Below, piece by piece: positions 29,160-42,955 of a stretch of 64,000 bases of DNA. Each line of letters begins with the position of its first letter. Within the stretch, counting starts at the first letter, position 1. The position numbers and the translations under genes were made by a program. Origin of the DNA: the human T2T-CHM13v2.0 reference genome, Homo sapiens; assembly GCF_009914755.1 (NCBI RefSeq), contig NC_060926.1, one strand, 5' to 3'. Below the pieces are notes generated by a model. The model was not told the origin of the DNA. It worked only from the letters and a program-made list of their open reading frames with translations, and searched no databases.

Positions 29160-31250
29160 CTATTAAAATAGAATAGCAAATGTTAGAAATTTACATAGAA
29201 GCCTATCAGCAGTGTTCATTTTTAGAATTGCTAAGATTCCAAATAGAGATGCTGGGGAGTTGCAATCTGCCATTTTTGTGTTTGAAAGAAAGGCCTACTC
29301 ATTCAACCAATAGAAATGAGAAACCATGGAGCAATCATTTTCTTTAAATTTCCTGGTCAATATAAAAATGTTATGCATAATTTATGGTAAAAACACTTAA
29401 GAACAGTTAAAATCCCTTTGTTTATTTAGTTATAATACTGTATAGCAGGTGGAGATATAACTCAGCACATTTAGCTTAAAGACCTAAGAGATATCAAACT
29501 AGAATTTATCTAGACAACATCGCCAAGAAACCTGAATCATAGTATAGTTAATAAGCACTTTAGGAAACATAACATAACAATTAGATCTTGAGCCTGATTT
29601 AGCACTTGGCTTGATTTAGGATGTTTCCAACTTTATTCAAGGTTACTTCTAAAAATGAAACCTGTCTCAACTCAGAAACTATCACATAACAACCAAATTA
29701 CTTATAATTGTAGTAACCAGTTTTATATTTAGTTCTATTTCTTTCTTTAGGTTTAAATATTGGATTTAAATTCCCATGTAGTAAATGCTTTTCCAAATTC
29801 AATTCAAACATACATTTAACATTAGAACTCTTTCCGATTTTGTTTTTTTACTTGATTTTTCAGAAAGCACTAATCATTTATAAATTAATTGTTGAACATG
29901 TAAGTTTGAATAAACATATTTAAAGACATTTAGCATAATTTCCATTTTATAGTTTAAAAAAAGTGTGAATGATATCGATAGAAATGGTTAAGTATGGACC
30001 TTTGAAAATCTTGTTTTATAAAAGCAATAAAGACACTGCCAAACATTCTCAAAATCAACTTATTTTTAGAACTGTACAAATGAACCAGAGACTTGCAACA
30101 ATCTGGGGAACATTTAATCAAGAAAACCAGAATTGGTAACTCTTGGTAAGAGCAGTAAGGTCTGTCATGTCTTAATGTGTCCTATTTATGTCCTCCTCTC
30201 CCCAGTGCCATAGTAGCCTTGAAAACTAGCAGCTCCATAATTATAGTGAAAAACAGAAGTCTATCGACCACTTGAAGTGGCAGAATAGAGCAGTGCTCCC
30301 ACAAAGTCCCATTCCCAGAAAACAGTCCTCAGGTTACCTATATAATAGTTCCCTGAAAAATTCCACTTGTCAGCCTTATCTTAATTTAAACTGATTCAAA
30401 GTTTGTCCAGTACAAACAGTCTTTTTCTGGGAGATGTTTGTTGAAAACTGTATCAATAGCTTAACATAACAACCTTAGGAAGCAGCAAAATGAATTGGGG
30501 CAAATCACAAGCTGGTGAAAACAGTTAAAAGGAAAATCTGGAAAATGAGATGACCATATGGGGCTTTGAAAAACTTTGTCACATTCTTGGGAATCTAGGG
30601 GGCCACTTACACACATGGGGCTGTATATACACATGGCTGTGCAGATGCTCCCAAAGATTGGAGAAGTCTTTAAGATCTCACTTCTGGCTGACCTTAAGAG
30701 TCTACATAAATGATAAAGGGAGATTCAGACATAGAAGTAAACGTGCCTGCTTGAGTACTGCAAGCATGCCCCAAAATGCAAATAGAGCCCCTGAGCAAGG
30801 ATTATCTGACAAATTGCAATAAGTCAGCAAAGACTTACTGATTCCAAGAATTTAAGATAATTTTGTCCAATTATTAACTGACCACCAAGCAAACAGACCA
30901 GAGATTTTAGTAGCCATGCATGACCAAGAATATAGAATTTACAGAACTTGTTCATGAAAGGAATTACATAAATAAACATCAGCAACACCAACAGAAACAA
31001 CAACATAAAAGCCTGGTAAAGGGGGTAATTTTGTTTCCAAAGTTGCCACTATATTATAATATTAAAGATGTCAAATTTTTAGCCAAAAAATTATAATACA
31101 GGCAAAGAGAAATAAGAACGTAAGGCCCATAAAAAGGAAAAGAATGTTGTCAACTAAAATTGTCTCTGAGGAAACTGAGATTACTAGACAAATATTTTAA
31201 ATACACTATTTTAAATATGTTCAAAGAACTAAAGGAAGCTATGGTAAAGA

Positions 31251-31522
31251 AAACCAAACATCACATGTTCTCACTCATAGGTGGGAATTGAACAACGAGA
31301 ACACATGGACACAGGAAGGGGAACATCACACTCCAGGGACTGTTGTGGGGTGGGGGGAGGGGGGAGGGATAACATTAGGAGATATACCTAACGCTAAATG
31401 ACGAGTTAATGGGTGCAGTACACCAACATGGCACATGTATACATATGTAACAAACCTGCACATTGTGCACATGTACCCTAAAACTTAAAGTATAATAATA
31501 ACAAAATAAAATTTAAAAAAAA
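31251..31522 (+). mobile_element. L1PA (about PA4-5) 3'-terminal fragment
   Basis: catgttctcactcataggtggg...ggggggaggggggagggata...aaaacttaaagtataat plus A tail. Probable TSD aaagaaaa. Confidence 0.92.
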
Positions 31523-31669
31523 GAAAATCTGAAGTATGAGAACAATGTCTTAATAGAGAATACGAATCAAAAGAAAATGCTAGTAAAAATAATATAGATA
31601 ATTCTGGAGGTAATAAGAACAACTGAAATAAAAAATTCACCAGAGAGGTTGAAAAGCAGGTTTGACTTG

Positions 31670-31700
31670 TGTATTAGGGTTCTATAGAGGGACAGAACTA

Positions 31701-31739
<39 letters not shown>

Positions 31740-31806
31740 CATAGATACATAGATAGATAGAGATATAGATACAGATATATATAGATACATAGATATATAT
31801 AGATAT
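31670..31806. mobile_element. MLT2 LTR terminus with internal (GATA)n microsatellite
   Basis: tgtattagggttctatagagggacagaactaatag followed by (gata)n, typical of MLT2A/B ends. Confidence 0.75.
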
Positions 31807-31834
31807 CCTATTTTTTGAGTTTTTTGAGTTTTGA

Positions 31835-31985
31835 GTTTTTGACTTATAATGTTTTCAACTTAGGATGGTTTTATACATATGTAACCCCATCGTAAATCAA
31901 GAAACATAATGAAAATGTATTGCTTTTGCACCATCCTAAAATTGAAAAAATTATAAATTGAACCATTGGAAGCCAGGAACTATCT
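31835..31985. mobile_element. MER47/Tigger5-like DNA transposon fragments
   Basis: ttcaacttaggatgg...gtaaccccatcgtaaatc and gtattgcttttgcaccatc...gaaccattggaagccaggaactatct resemble TcMar-Tigger termini. Confidence 0.6.
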
Positions 31986-32871
31986 ATATATCATCATATA
32001 CATGATATGAATTCCACAAGAAGACAGAGTAAGAAAGGGGCAGACAGAATAGTTACAGAAATAATGGCTAAAAAAATCCCCAAAATTGTTTAAAAAATTT
32101 ATCTGCACATCTAAAAATATCAGCCAACTTCAAATAGAAAAACTCAAAGAGAGCCACAACTAGACATAGCAGAATCAAACAGTTGAAAGTTAAAAGCAAA
32201 GAGAAAATTTTGGAAGCAACAAGAGAGCAATGATTCATTATTACACAGAATTCTCTGTAACATCATTAGCTAATTTACTGTCAAAAACTATAAAAATCAG
32301 AAGACGTGAGGATGACACTCTGAGGTGCGCATGGAACATTGTTCAGAATAGACCATATATTAGGGCATTAATAAAAGTCTTAATACAATTTTAAAAGAAG
32401 GAAATCATGCAAAGTATCTTCTCAACAACAATGGAATAAAATTAGAAATCAGTTACAGAAGGGAATCTGGAAAGTGTATAAATATGTAACAATTAAGCAA
32501 CATACTTCTAAATAAGCAATAGTTCAAAGATGAAATCACAAGAGAAATTAGAACATATTTTGATATGAATAAAATACAGGCAGGGTATACCTAAACTTAT
32601 GGATATTGGCTAAAATTGTGTTGAGTGGGAAATGGAATACTGTAATTGTCTATACTAAAATAGAAGAAAGGTTGGAAATCAATAATGTAGGCTTCTATCT
32701 TAAGACACTAGAGTAAGAGGAAAAGCTAACCTAAACCACTTAAATAATGGAATGATAAAGATTAGAGTGAAAATTAATGAGAGAGAATAAAAAAATAGGG
32801 AAAATTAACAAAAATTAATGGAATAAAATTGAGAGTCCAGAAATAAACTGACACATCTATGGTCAATTGAT

Positions 32872-33169
32872 TTTTTTTTCCTTTTCTTTCAGAGAGTCTC
32901 ACTCTCTCAGCCAGACTGCAGTGCAGTGGCCTCATCTCAGCTCACTGCAACGCCCGTCTCCTGGGTTCAAGAGATTCTCGTGCCTCAGCCTCCTGAGTAG
33001 CAGGGATTACAGGAATATGCCAACACACCCGGCTAATTTTTGTATTTTTAGTAGAGATGGGGTTTCGCCAGGTTGGCCAGGCTGGTCTTCAATTCCTGGC
33101 CTCGAGCAATCCACCTGCCTCAGCCTCCCAAAGTGCTCGGATTCCAGGCATGAGCCATCGCACCCAGTG
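32872..33169 (-). mobile_element. Alu (S/J) inserted in L1M
   Basis: Antisense dimer. 14-bp TSD tatggtcaattgat / tatggccaattgat at 32858-32871 and 33170-33183. Confidence 0.93.
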
Positions 33170-34724
33170 TATGGCCAATTGATATTTGAAAAGGATGTTA
33201 ATTCCATTCATTGAGAATACATAGTCTCTTTAGTAAATGGCAGTGGGACAACAAAATAGCCACATGCAAAGAATTGAAGATGAACCCCTACCTCATATCA
33301 TATACTAAAATTAACATAAAATGAATTTAAAACCTACATGCAAGATCTAAAACTTTAAAACTCTTCAAAGGAAACACAGGTTTAAATTTTCATAACCTTG
33401 GCTTTGAGGCAACAGTTTCTTAAATATAATATCCGAAGCATAAGCTAAATAAATAAATACATAAAATCATTAGTTAATAAACTGTACTTCAAAATTAAAT
33501 ACTTGTATATCAACAGACACTATTAAGAGAGTGTACATGCAACCTACAGAATGAAAGAAAATATTTATGATTTGTATCTAATAAGATTTTTTATATGTCA
33601 GATATATCTGTTACATATAAAAAAACTTACGACTCAGTAATGAATGAAAACTAGCCTACTCAAAATTAGGCAAAAAAATGAGGTATATGTTTTATTTTAA
33701 AAGATTAATAAATAGCCAATAAGCAGATGTAACATTTCTCAACATTAGTAGTCATCAAGAAAATGCAAATCAAAACCATAATGAGATACCATTTCACATA
33801 CCCTAAGATGGCTATTAAAAAAAGGATAGATAATACTCATAACAAGTGTTAGAAAGAATGCAAAGAAAATGAAACCCTTGTAGACTCTGTGTGGGTATTT
33901 AAAATGCTGCAATGCTGTGGAAAACAGTGATCATTCCTCAATAAATTAAACAGAATTTTCATATGACTCAGCCAATTCCATTCCTAGGTACACACCCAAA
34001 GTACTCAGAACATAGGTACACACACAAAAAAAATGCATATTCTAATGTTCACAGCATCATTATTTAAAATAGCCAAAAACTAGGGACAGCCCAAATATCC
34101 AAAACCTGGTGAATGGAAAAACAGGATGTGGTGTATCCATACAATGGATTATTATTCAGCCTTAAAAAGGGATGAGTTATTAATACCTGCTACATGAATA
34201 AACCTTGGTAAGTTTATACTTGTTGAAAGAAGCCAGATACAACAAAATATATTTTATATGATTCTATTTATGAAATGCCTAGAACAGGCAAATGCATGGA
34301 GACATAAATAAGATGAATGGTTGCCAGAGGATGAGGAGTGGGAAAATTGCTACTGAGTGTTAATAGGTTCCTAATTTCTTTTTAAATGATGAGAATATTC
34401 TGTAATTATATACAGTGTGGGTTGCACAAATTTGAGACTATACCCAAACCACTGAATTTTACACTTTGAAGGGTGGAATTTATGGTATGCACATTTTATG
34501 TAATTTTTTACAAAGAGACAACTGCTGACTGTGATTATAATCTTTAAAAGCTCACTTACTATTTTATAATAGTAAAATTTATTTTCAAAATTTTATAGAT
34601 AGAAAAAAAAGAATTTAAGCTCAAAATTACATTCATTAACACAAAGAAGCTAGACACAATACAATTCCTAATCAAGTATTTATTCGCTTTTACAGAGTTC
34701 ACATTACATAAGAGGAAGACAAAA

Positions 34725-34915
34725 TTTTTGGAGCCAGATAAAATTCGTTTGTGATTATGGTTTGACACCAGAGCAATTAGTCTGACATTTCTATTTCTCA
34801 ATTTCTTCACCTGTAAAATGGAATCCATTTTATTTGAAAAGTTATTTTTAGATATGGGGCAATACGCTTAATATAATAGCAATATGCAATATAGAGTAGG
34901 CTCAAAAATTAGTTG
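34725..34915 (+). mobile_element. MIR
   Basis: Core ctcaatttcttcacctgtaaaatggaat and 3' end agagtaggctcaaaaatt. Confidence 0.7.
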
Positions 34916-37900
34916 TTTTAATATATTTTTATTATTTTGGGTGTGTTATCAAAATATTTTAATAAATGTGCTTTACTAAATCTTTCCTTGATGGATTAGA
35001 AATTTTATATTAATTGATTCTAGCCACTTATATTGAATTAGTTCTATAACACAGCCTGCTACATCTGCTTGTTTGATACTTACAGCCAAAGGGAAATAGG
35101 CCATGTTTTCAACTTTATTCTCACAAAATGAAAAGTAATAATACAAGAGGCAATAAAATGTGGTCTATTTCATATTTTAATAGGGATACTTCATAGTAAT
35201 AAACATAAGTGGTTTGGGGCTTAGGGTGCACTTCTGAAGCACCCAATTAAAATCTAAAATCACTGTACTGCTTTTCTATCCATGAGTTTACAGAGTGCAA
35301 ATTATATGAGATATGTGCTTTTCTACATTAAAAGTAAGCATTTGATAATCTAAAATATCTGATGTAATACTTATTCTAAGTGACCAAATCTGCATTGTAC
35401 CTTTTTTTTTTAATAACTAGGGATATGTTTTTCTCAAATACCAGTGACGATTTCTCCAAAATAAATTAGTCAATAAGTAGAGAGCTCAAAGATGACAATA
35501 ATCCCTTTCTTCTGATTAAATAGCATTATGAATATGCAATATCTTCACTTGGAGATCATGGGAACCCAAAAGGTCATCAAGAGGTAAAGACAGTTGACAA
35601 CGGATGGATCTATAAAATTTTATGTGAATGTGGGATTGGGCATTTATTATGGAGGTGGTTCATACATTCAATAAGACTACGAAAAAACTTGACATACCAC
35701 TCTATTTCTCACATTAATGGCATGTACTTCCTGAGTCTACAATATATTTTCATTACCATGTTTACCCATATAGGAGAAACTGACAACAAACATTTTTCAA
35801 AAATTTAAGAATAAGTAGAAATATTTTTCTTTCTACATATGCAATATGCATTTCAAGATCCAGTAGTTGTTTAGATTTAATCAAAATTTATAAAGGGTAT
35901 TAATATTAATCCTTAAATTGCCCACTTGGTAATTCACATTTTTATTCATAAATAACATTATTTTATTTGTGATATGTTTTAAGCTATTATATTCATAATA
36001 AATAGACTCATAATGCATAACAAAATATTTATAACTTTTTATAGAGTTATGGGTTTCCAAATTTGCAGTCTGTCAAAGGCAGTCTAATGTACATTCCCAG
36101 AGGGACTGCTTTAAAGAAAGCTGGATTGCTGGAAAGTTAAGCTTATTAATGGCAATCATTTTTATTCCAAATTAAGCTACACTGACTGTCTTTATTGAAG
36201 GATCAACTCATTGCAACTCAGGCATTACCCTCTGTTGGATGGGAAAACACCGTGTAAAGACATAAATGATCAAAAGGCCTGAGGACCTTAAGCATCCCAT
36301 TCTAATTGAGGCACCTCAGCCAAACTTCCCTCAAAGATGCTGCATGTTAATGAGGATGTGGAAAAAAATGGAACTTAGACTGCTACAGAAAGCCACAGAC
36401 ACCCCCACTTGGGTGCTAAATGCAAATGCAGGCTGATCTGCATTGCAGAAAATATGTCTCCAATAGACATCAAAGGAAAGTCATATAAAAGATAAAAATC
36501 TCACTCTAAAGCACTTTGACACAAGAAGCTGTATGTATGTTTCCAATTTTTAAAACAGAAAAATTGCTAGTAGCTAAAATTCTAAGAAATTAATATCAGA
36601 TGAGGTTGTTTAGAAGAAGTTAACCTATCATACTTCTTTGAGGTTTTCTCATGCTACTTTTTATTTTTATGTTTCTGTATGTTTACAAAAATAAATCGTG
36701 CAAAATAGACATAGAAAAAATGTTCTTTGCTTTATTTTGCTCCTCCAGAAATACTGAAAACCTGCTTTAAATAAGTGGCCCACAAAGAACTGCTAAAATG
36801 ACTGGGTTTGGCGACATGAAAATTCAGCATTAGGACTCAGGAAATAGGATCTAGGCCTAAAGAAGACTCTATCCACAGGCTGTTCTGAATGTACTTTCGG
36901 CAGTAGCTTTCAAAAAAGTCCCAGATATCTGAATGAAAAATAAACTATTCAATCAATCCTATTATATTTTAAAATATTTTGCCTCTGCTTTCTTTTGATA
37001 ATTAATGCTTCCATTTTATCGAAAGTGTCTTATGTCAGGATGGTCTTATTTTTTAACTTTAGCAAGGAAATTCATATTACTGGAATAAAGAGAAAGACAA
37101 TAGAGGACACATTTTATGTCCATTAAATCATAGTCAAACACAGTAGAAGTAAATCATTAGTCTTATTTGAGAAATGTTGATTCTTCACAGCAGGGAGGGG
37201 TGAACAAACTTATTCACTAGCGAATAAAAAATAGCAAATATTACTTATTTGAAATTTAGGCCCAATTAATTACAAAGCAGATGATCAAATGTTCTCTCTT
37301 TCTCTCTCTCCCACCCACATTTACTGTCTTCATGGATAGCTGACATTTAAAATAACACCCTAAGTGGCAATCTCTGGTCATAGTGAAGTAGCAGACAATT
37401 CAGAACATTTTAATAGTGTATCAGTAAGCCCCTAGGGAGATGAAAGTTTATTTAAGCCCAGCTAACTGAGAGAAGCATAGAGCTTACAATATCAGCAATT
37501 TCAAAATTTGTGTTGTAAAATTTAACCTAGTAGTTTTAATCCAAATGTTATAAAATATAAATTTGGATATTATGGAGAATATATGTGGAGAAAGATATAA
37601 GGTATTAACATTGAAATAGTTTTCAATCACTACTATTAAATTTGACTAATTTTAATTTTTAAGTACAGTCTGCATCATCTTAATACTGAAAATTCCATAG
37701 CTTTCCACATAGTTCCTTTGAAATTAAAGTCTTTAACATTTGAAAAAAAAAAGAAAAAAATCATTGTAACATGGTTTCATCATTTAACTCTGATCAGTTT
37801 TAGTTTTCACTAGGTTAGGTTTAATATTTTGGTAAGCCTTTGGTATTTTTATTTTGGAGACCTGCAGACCATAGCAAAATACTAAAAATTAAATATCTTT

Positions 37901-38034
37901 TAACTATATATTTTCTACACACATTTCAAAGGTCTTGGTGATTTGGTTTTTGAAATTCATTAGATACAAGAAATTCATTCAGTTTTTAGTTGACTGTGAT
38001 TTCTTGGCAATTGTGCATATCTGGAAAAATCCAA

Positions 38035-38531
38035 TCCTAGGACTGAAGAAGAGTACCCAAGAAAGACCAAACCAGAAAGGGGAGACCCTTTTTCAAAGTT
38101 GGAATTCAGGCGTCTTCATTGGGAAGGAGCGGTTGCCCACTGTATAGCTGCCAGGGTTAGAGCCGCTGCACCGTCACTGGGAAGGCAGAAAACAAACCTG
38201 CCAGAGGACAGGGTACTACACAAAGGGAAGACCACAGGAAGGTGATCAACAGGCCCACTGGAGATGCAAGTTTGTTGCTGGGGGGACTTGTCTTCCAGAT
38301 GTGTTACTGGAACAAAGTACAACCCAATGTCCTCACACCCGCATTGCTGACCAGCAATGCTGCAATCTGAATCCAAAAGAGAAGTCCCCTCTCCCTGCAG
38401 TGTTGAAAGGTTAACAACACACATGTTCACTGTAAATGGGAAATACTTGACAGAATCCCATACATCATTGCAGAGAAAGTACTGAAGTGTGAATGTGGTG
38501 CTGAGAGGCAATACACTGATTACTGGAGCAG
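38035..38531 (-). mobile_element. ERVL LTR (LTR33/LTR41-like)
   Basis: The minus strand begins tgctccagtaatcagtgtattgcctctcagcacc, resembling the LTR33/41 5' end. Left boundary approximate. Confidence 0.6.
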
Positions 38532-38963
38532 CTTTTCTCTTCAATTATTTTGGAATCAATCCTACTGATCAGTTGGTCAAGTTTCAAATATATTTGTAGA
38601 AAATTTAAAGGCCTTGGATTCAGGATTAATAATAACTATTGTTCAAAGTGGCCTTGGCTCTGTACCTGTGACAAAAGAAAGTCTGAATCTCTAGTAGAGA
38701 CTTCACAACTGCCATTCCCTCCTGCTACAGTGCCCATTAAATTTTTGTTCTTAGATGTTCTGGTGCAAAAGAAAAATAAGCAGCAAAAGCAAAAGGTGAG
38801 GTTCTTCCTATAAAGCTGGTCTCTTGAATTTCAATTGACTTCCTTTTTTCCTTATTCATGAATAGTAAGTTGACATTTATAGCTCTGTTGGGCCTGCCAC
38901 CATGCTGGGTAATGGGGACAAAATGATGGGGAATATTACCCTAACCTGACAGCTGTACATTTG

Positions 38964-39327
38964 TGTATTATTCTGTTTTCATGCTGCTAATAAAGACAAA
39001 TGCAAGACTGGGCAATTTATTAAAAAAAAGTTTTAATTGGACTTATAATTCCTCACGGTTAGGGACTCCTCACAATCATGGCAGAAGGCAAGGAGGAACA
39101 AGACACATCTTACGTGGATGGCAACAGGCAAAGAGAGCTTGACCAGAGGAACTCCCATTTTTAAAACCATCAGGTCTTGTGAGACCCATTCATTATCATG
39201 AGAACAGCATGGGAAAGATCCACCCCCCTGATTAAATCATCTCCCACCAGGTCCCTCCCACAACAGGGGGGAATTATGGGAGATACAAGATGAGATTTGG
39301 GTGGGGACACAGAGTCAAACCATATCA
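38964..39327 (-). mobile_element. THE1 (MaLR) solo LTR
   Basis: tgtattattctgttttcatgctgct...gagatttgggtggggacacagagtcaaaccatatca. TSD atttg/gtttg. Confidence 0.93.
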
Positions 39328-39482
39328 GTTTGCTGCCAGGTTAGGGTAATATTTGGAGTTGACTATTTCAAAAGGCTAAATTTTTCTATTTGTGAAGACA
39401 GGAGGGAGATAAACACATAGAGAAAAGTAGAAGAGGAATAGTGATTATGAAAAAGAAAAGCAATCTAACCAAGAATCTGTTT

Positions 39483-40329
39483 CAAAAATGAAAAAAAGAC
39501 CTAAATAAACATTTTTTTTCAAAGAAGATATACAAATGCCAATAAGCACATGAAAAGATGCTCACACAACTAATCATTAGGGAAATGTAAATCGGAACTA
39601 TAACGAGATACCATCTCACACACATTAGGATGGCTATGATTGATAAAACAGAAAGTAACAAGTGTTGATGAGGATATAAAGAAATTAGAACACTTGTGCA
39701 CTGCTGGTGGAAATGTAAAATCATGCATCTGCTGTAGAAAACAGTACGATGGTTCCTCAAAAAATTAAAAATAGGATTATCATATGATCCAGCAATTCCA
39801 ATTATGGGTATATACCCAAAAGAATTGAAATCAAGATCTCAAAATGATATTTATACCCATGTTCATAGCAGCATTATCTGCAATTGCTAAAACATGGGAG
39901 CCAGCCAAGAGTTCATCAGTAGATGAATGAATAAGCAAAATATGGTATACACATGAATTGAAGCATTATTGAGCCTTAATGAAAGAAGGAAATTTTGACA
40001 TATGCTGCATGAATGAACCTTGAAGACACTATGCTAAGTGAAATGAGCCAGTCACAAAAGACTATGATTCCACTTATATGAGGTACTTATAGTAGTCATA
40101 CTCACAGAGACAGACAGTAGAACGGTCGTTACCAGTGGCAGGTGGAAGGGGAAATTTGGAAGTTTTTGTTAATAGGAATACAGTTTCAGTTTTACAAGAT
40201 TAAAAGAGTTATAGAAATGGATGTTGGTAACGTGACTGTACAACATTTTAATTATACTTAATACAACTAAATTGTATACTTAAACATGGCTAAGATGGCA
40301 TAAGATGGTAAAGGTTATGCTATGTGTGT
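39483..40329 (+). mobile_element. L1MB 3' fragment
   Basis: Decayed ORF2 end (gagataccatctcacacacattaggatggc) and L1MB 3'UTR (gtttcagttttacaagat). Confidence 0.87.
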
Positions 40330-41101
40330 TTTCCCTCAATTAAAAAAATACACTGGGAAAAATAAGTAACTTCCTCTAAGTCACACTATAAGAAGTGATG
40401 GAGCCGGGATTTAATCAAGGGTACTGTCTTCCACTATCTGTGTAACCTGCACTTGAATTAGAGACTTAGATTTTCAGGTTCCAAACTGAATTATTGTGAG
40501 GCATATTCATTTCTACTGGCAAAAAAAGGAGAAAGAATATGTTGAAGACCAGTTGTGTTAAGGAGGTTTAGTTTCAAAGGAAGAGCCCTTTTTTTGGGAG
40601 AAACACTCAGTCTTCAAAAGATTTAGATATGTGCCACAGCTCCAAATAATGGACAAGAGTCAGTATGCATTTTCAAACTCTCCTGCTTCTGAAATCACCC
40701 CCCATATCTCTTAGCACCAAAATGGGACATTTAAGCATTTGTAGAGAAAAACTGCCATTAATTCAAAAAAGGTTAGACTACCTACTGTTAGTTACAGGGC
40801 CACTTAGGGGCTCAGATAGAGAGGTGAGCCAGATTCCTGCCCTTAGAAGGCTTATAGTTTAGGCACTGTTATATTAGAGACAAAGTTGGCACTGTTTATA
40901 TAGAGACCTTGGTCACAGAGGGAGGAGTTTGTCGATGTGGAACGTTCTTTGCAGCTTCTGATAATTTGAACAACATCCACAATATTGCAAAGCCATTGCA
41001 CACTTCTTTTCAAATAAATCATGATTTTTTGAAGTATCCATATAACTTCGAATAAGGTGAATTCATCCCCAACTCAAGTATAAATCCTAATTATTCTAAA
41101 C

Positions 41102-41272
41102 TGTCATTTCTCAAACTTTATCTTACATAGGAATCATCTGGAAGATGTGTTAAAACAAAAAACTAGACTGCACAGTCCCACCACCAGATTGAGTCAGACC
41201 TGAGAATCTGCACTTTTAACAAGTTCCAGATCATGCTGTCGCTGACAAGGGATCACTCTTTGTGAACCACTG
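41102..41272. mobile_element. MER5A-like hAT-Charlie MITE
   Basis: tttctcaaacttt...gaatcatctggaag...cctgagaatctgcacttttaacaagttcc...gaaccactg. Confidence 0.8.
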
Positions 41273-42709
41273 ACCTCAACTAGTTATGGTAATCTCATTG
41301 CTCTTGCGAGTGACTGGTTAGATCACCAGAGTTTGTGTGATTCTGGGCAACGTGAGGGGTCATATGTGAGAGGACTCCTAGGAAAGGTTTCATTGCTGTT
41401 AAATGGGACACCTAAGAGGAGAAAAGCATTGTCTTGCTTGTCTGTGTAGCCAGTTTCTTGTAACTATAGGCATCAAAGCCCAAGGGAAATGCCAATAAGG
41501 TGAGGACAGTGGAAAATAAAGACAGCACCAACTTGGAAGATACTCTACATTTGGACTTCTTGTTAATTAATATCCTTATTGTTTTAACACAAAGAGTAGG
41601 GGGGATGGTGAAATCTCAATGGGATATTTTAAGACCAACTGAGACCAAGAGACAGATTTAGCAATTGCCAGGAAGGAGAAGCTGAGTTGATTAGAGAGGA
41701 TTTTTCAGAGGAACTGAATAATTCTAGGACACTTTACTGTATGAGAATGTTATTAGGAAAGTTTTAAAATTTTTTATGTTTTTTAATTGTTGAAATTAGT
41801 TTAAGGAGAAATACCGCTAGCTCAAGGTCACTCGGGTATACTTCAACTGCTCAGTATTGAGCAGGGAGTAGATAGAGTCATGCAAATAAAGATACAAACA
41901 GAAGCATGAAACACTATGAGAGGAGAATGGAAGCCCTGACCTATTAGTAGTCTGGATAATCAGAAAACATTTTCCTGGCAGTTTTATTTAAGCCATGATG
42001 AGTTTGGGAGTAAATTGGGAAAAGACATAGGTGAGTCAGGTGGTGATGGGATAGGGGAGATAATTCTAGGATAGGAAATAGCTAGATGCAAGTAAAACAT
42101 ATTTTGAGGATGGAAATTTTATCTTGCAGAATTTTTCCTCAATTCATTTTTACTCTCGCCTCATAAAAGCACAATCTCTACAAGGATGATTATACAATCA
42201 ATATACAGTTAGTACAATATGGCAGCATCTCTCAGCCCTATAGCTTTACTGATTTTCATCTTAATCTGCCTTTACATATACAATTTATTTTTCTTAGTCA
42301 TGTGCTTTAAATCTGAAATATTTAAAACTGCATTTTTCACATAGCAAACTAGATTTAAAATGGACTGACAGTCTATGTTCCTCATACTATGTGTCTAATA
42401 CTTCTAATTTCTTAACTATGCTTTGTTTATCTGTATCTTTAATTCATTTACTTTTTTATGTTAGAGAAGTTTTGTTACTTTTTTATTTTTGAAAATAAGA
42501 TACTTTATTCCTGCACATTCACTCTCCAGTCCATTTACCTCTTTTATTTTCTACAGGCAGTTATAATTAAAATAATTTATTTAGCATACTAACTTTTGTC
42601 AGCTGCCTCTTTACACTAAAATATTAGCTCCATTAAAACAAGGATTCTCTGGTCTTATTCACCACTGTGCCCCCACACTGAAGTAGAGTCCCAGGTCAAT
42701 AAACATTTG

Positions 42710-42955
42710 AAGAAAGAAAGATAAAAAGAAAGAGAGAGAAAGAGAAAGAAAGAGAGAAAGGGATAAAGAGAAAGAAAGAAAGAAAGAAAAAAGAAAGAAG
42801 GAAAGAAAGAAAGAAGAAAAGGAAGAAAAGAAAAAAGAAAGAAAGAAAAGAAAAAGTAAAAGAAAAGAGAAAGAAAGGAAAAGAAAAGAAAAAAGAAAGA
42901 AAGAAAATGGAAGAGAAAGAAGGAAACAGAAAGGAAGGAAGGAAGCAGGAAGGCG
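42710..42955. repeat. (GAAA)n-type polypurine tract
   Basis: About 245 bp of nearly pure A/G sequence at the end of an L2 relic. Confidence 0.95.

Larger units (their letters stand above)
29970..34510 (+). mobile_element. Ancient fragmented L1M (5'UTR/ORF1, ORF2 pieces, L1MB/MC-type 3'UTR)
   Basis: ORF1-like sequence (aaatatgttcaaagaactaaagg), ORF2 endonuclease-region sequence (cagaatagaccatatattagg), post-RT ORF2 and 3'UTR (accactgaattttacactttg). Internal deletions and several nested inserts. Confidence 0.75.

Noticed and set aside
32867-33214. 115-aa ORF (similar ORFs at 20491-20819, 44883-45071 and 60085-60306)
   Set aside because: They are Alu-derived reading frames, a common annotation artefact.
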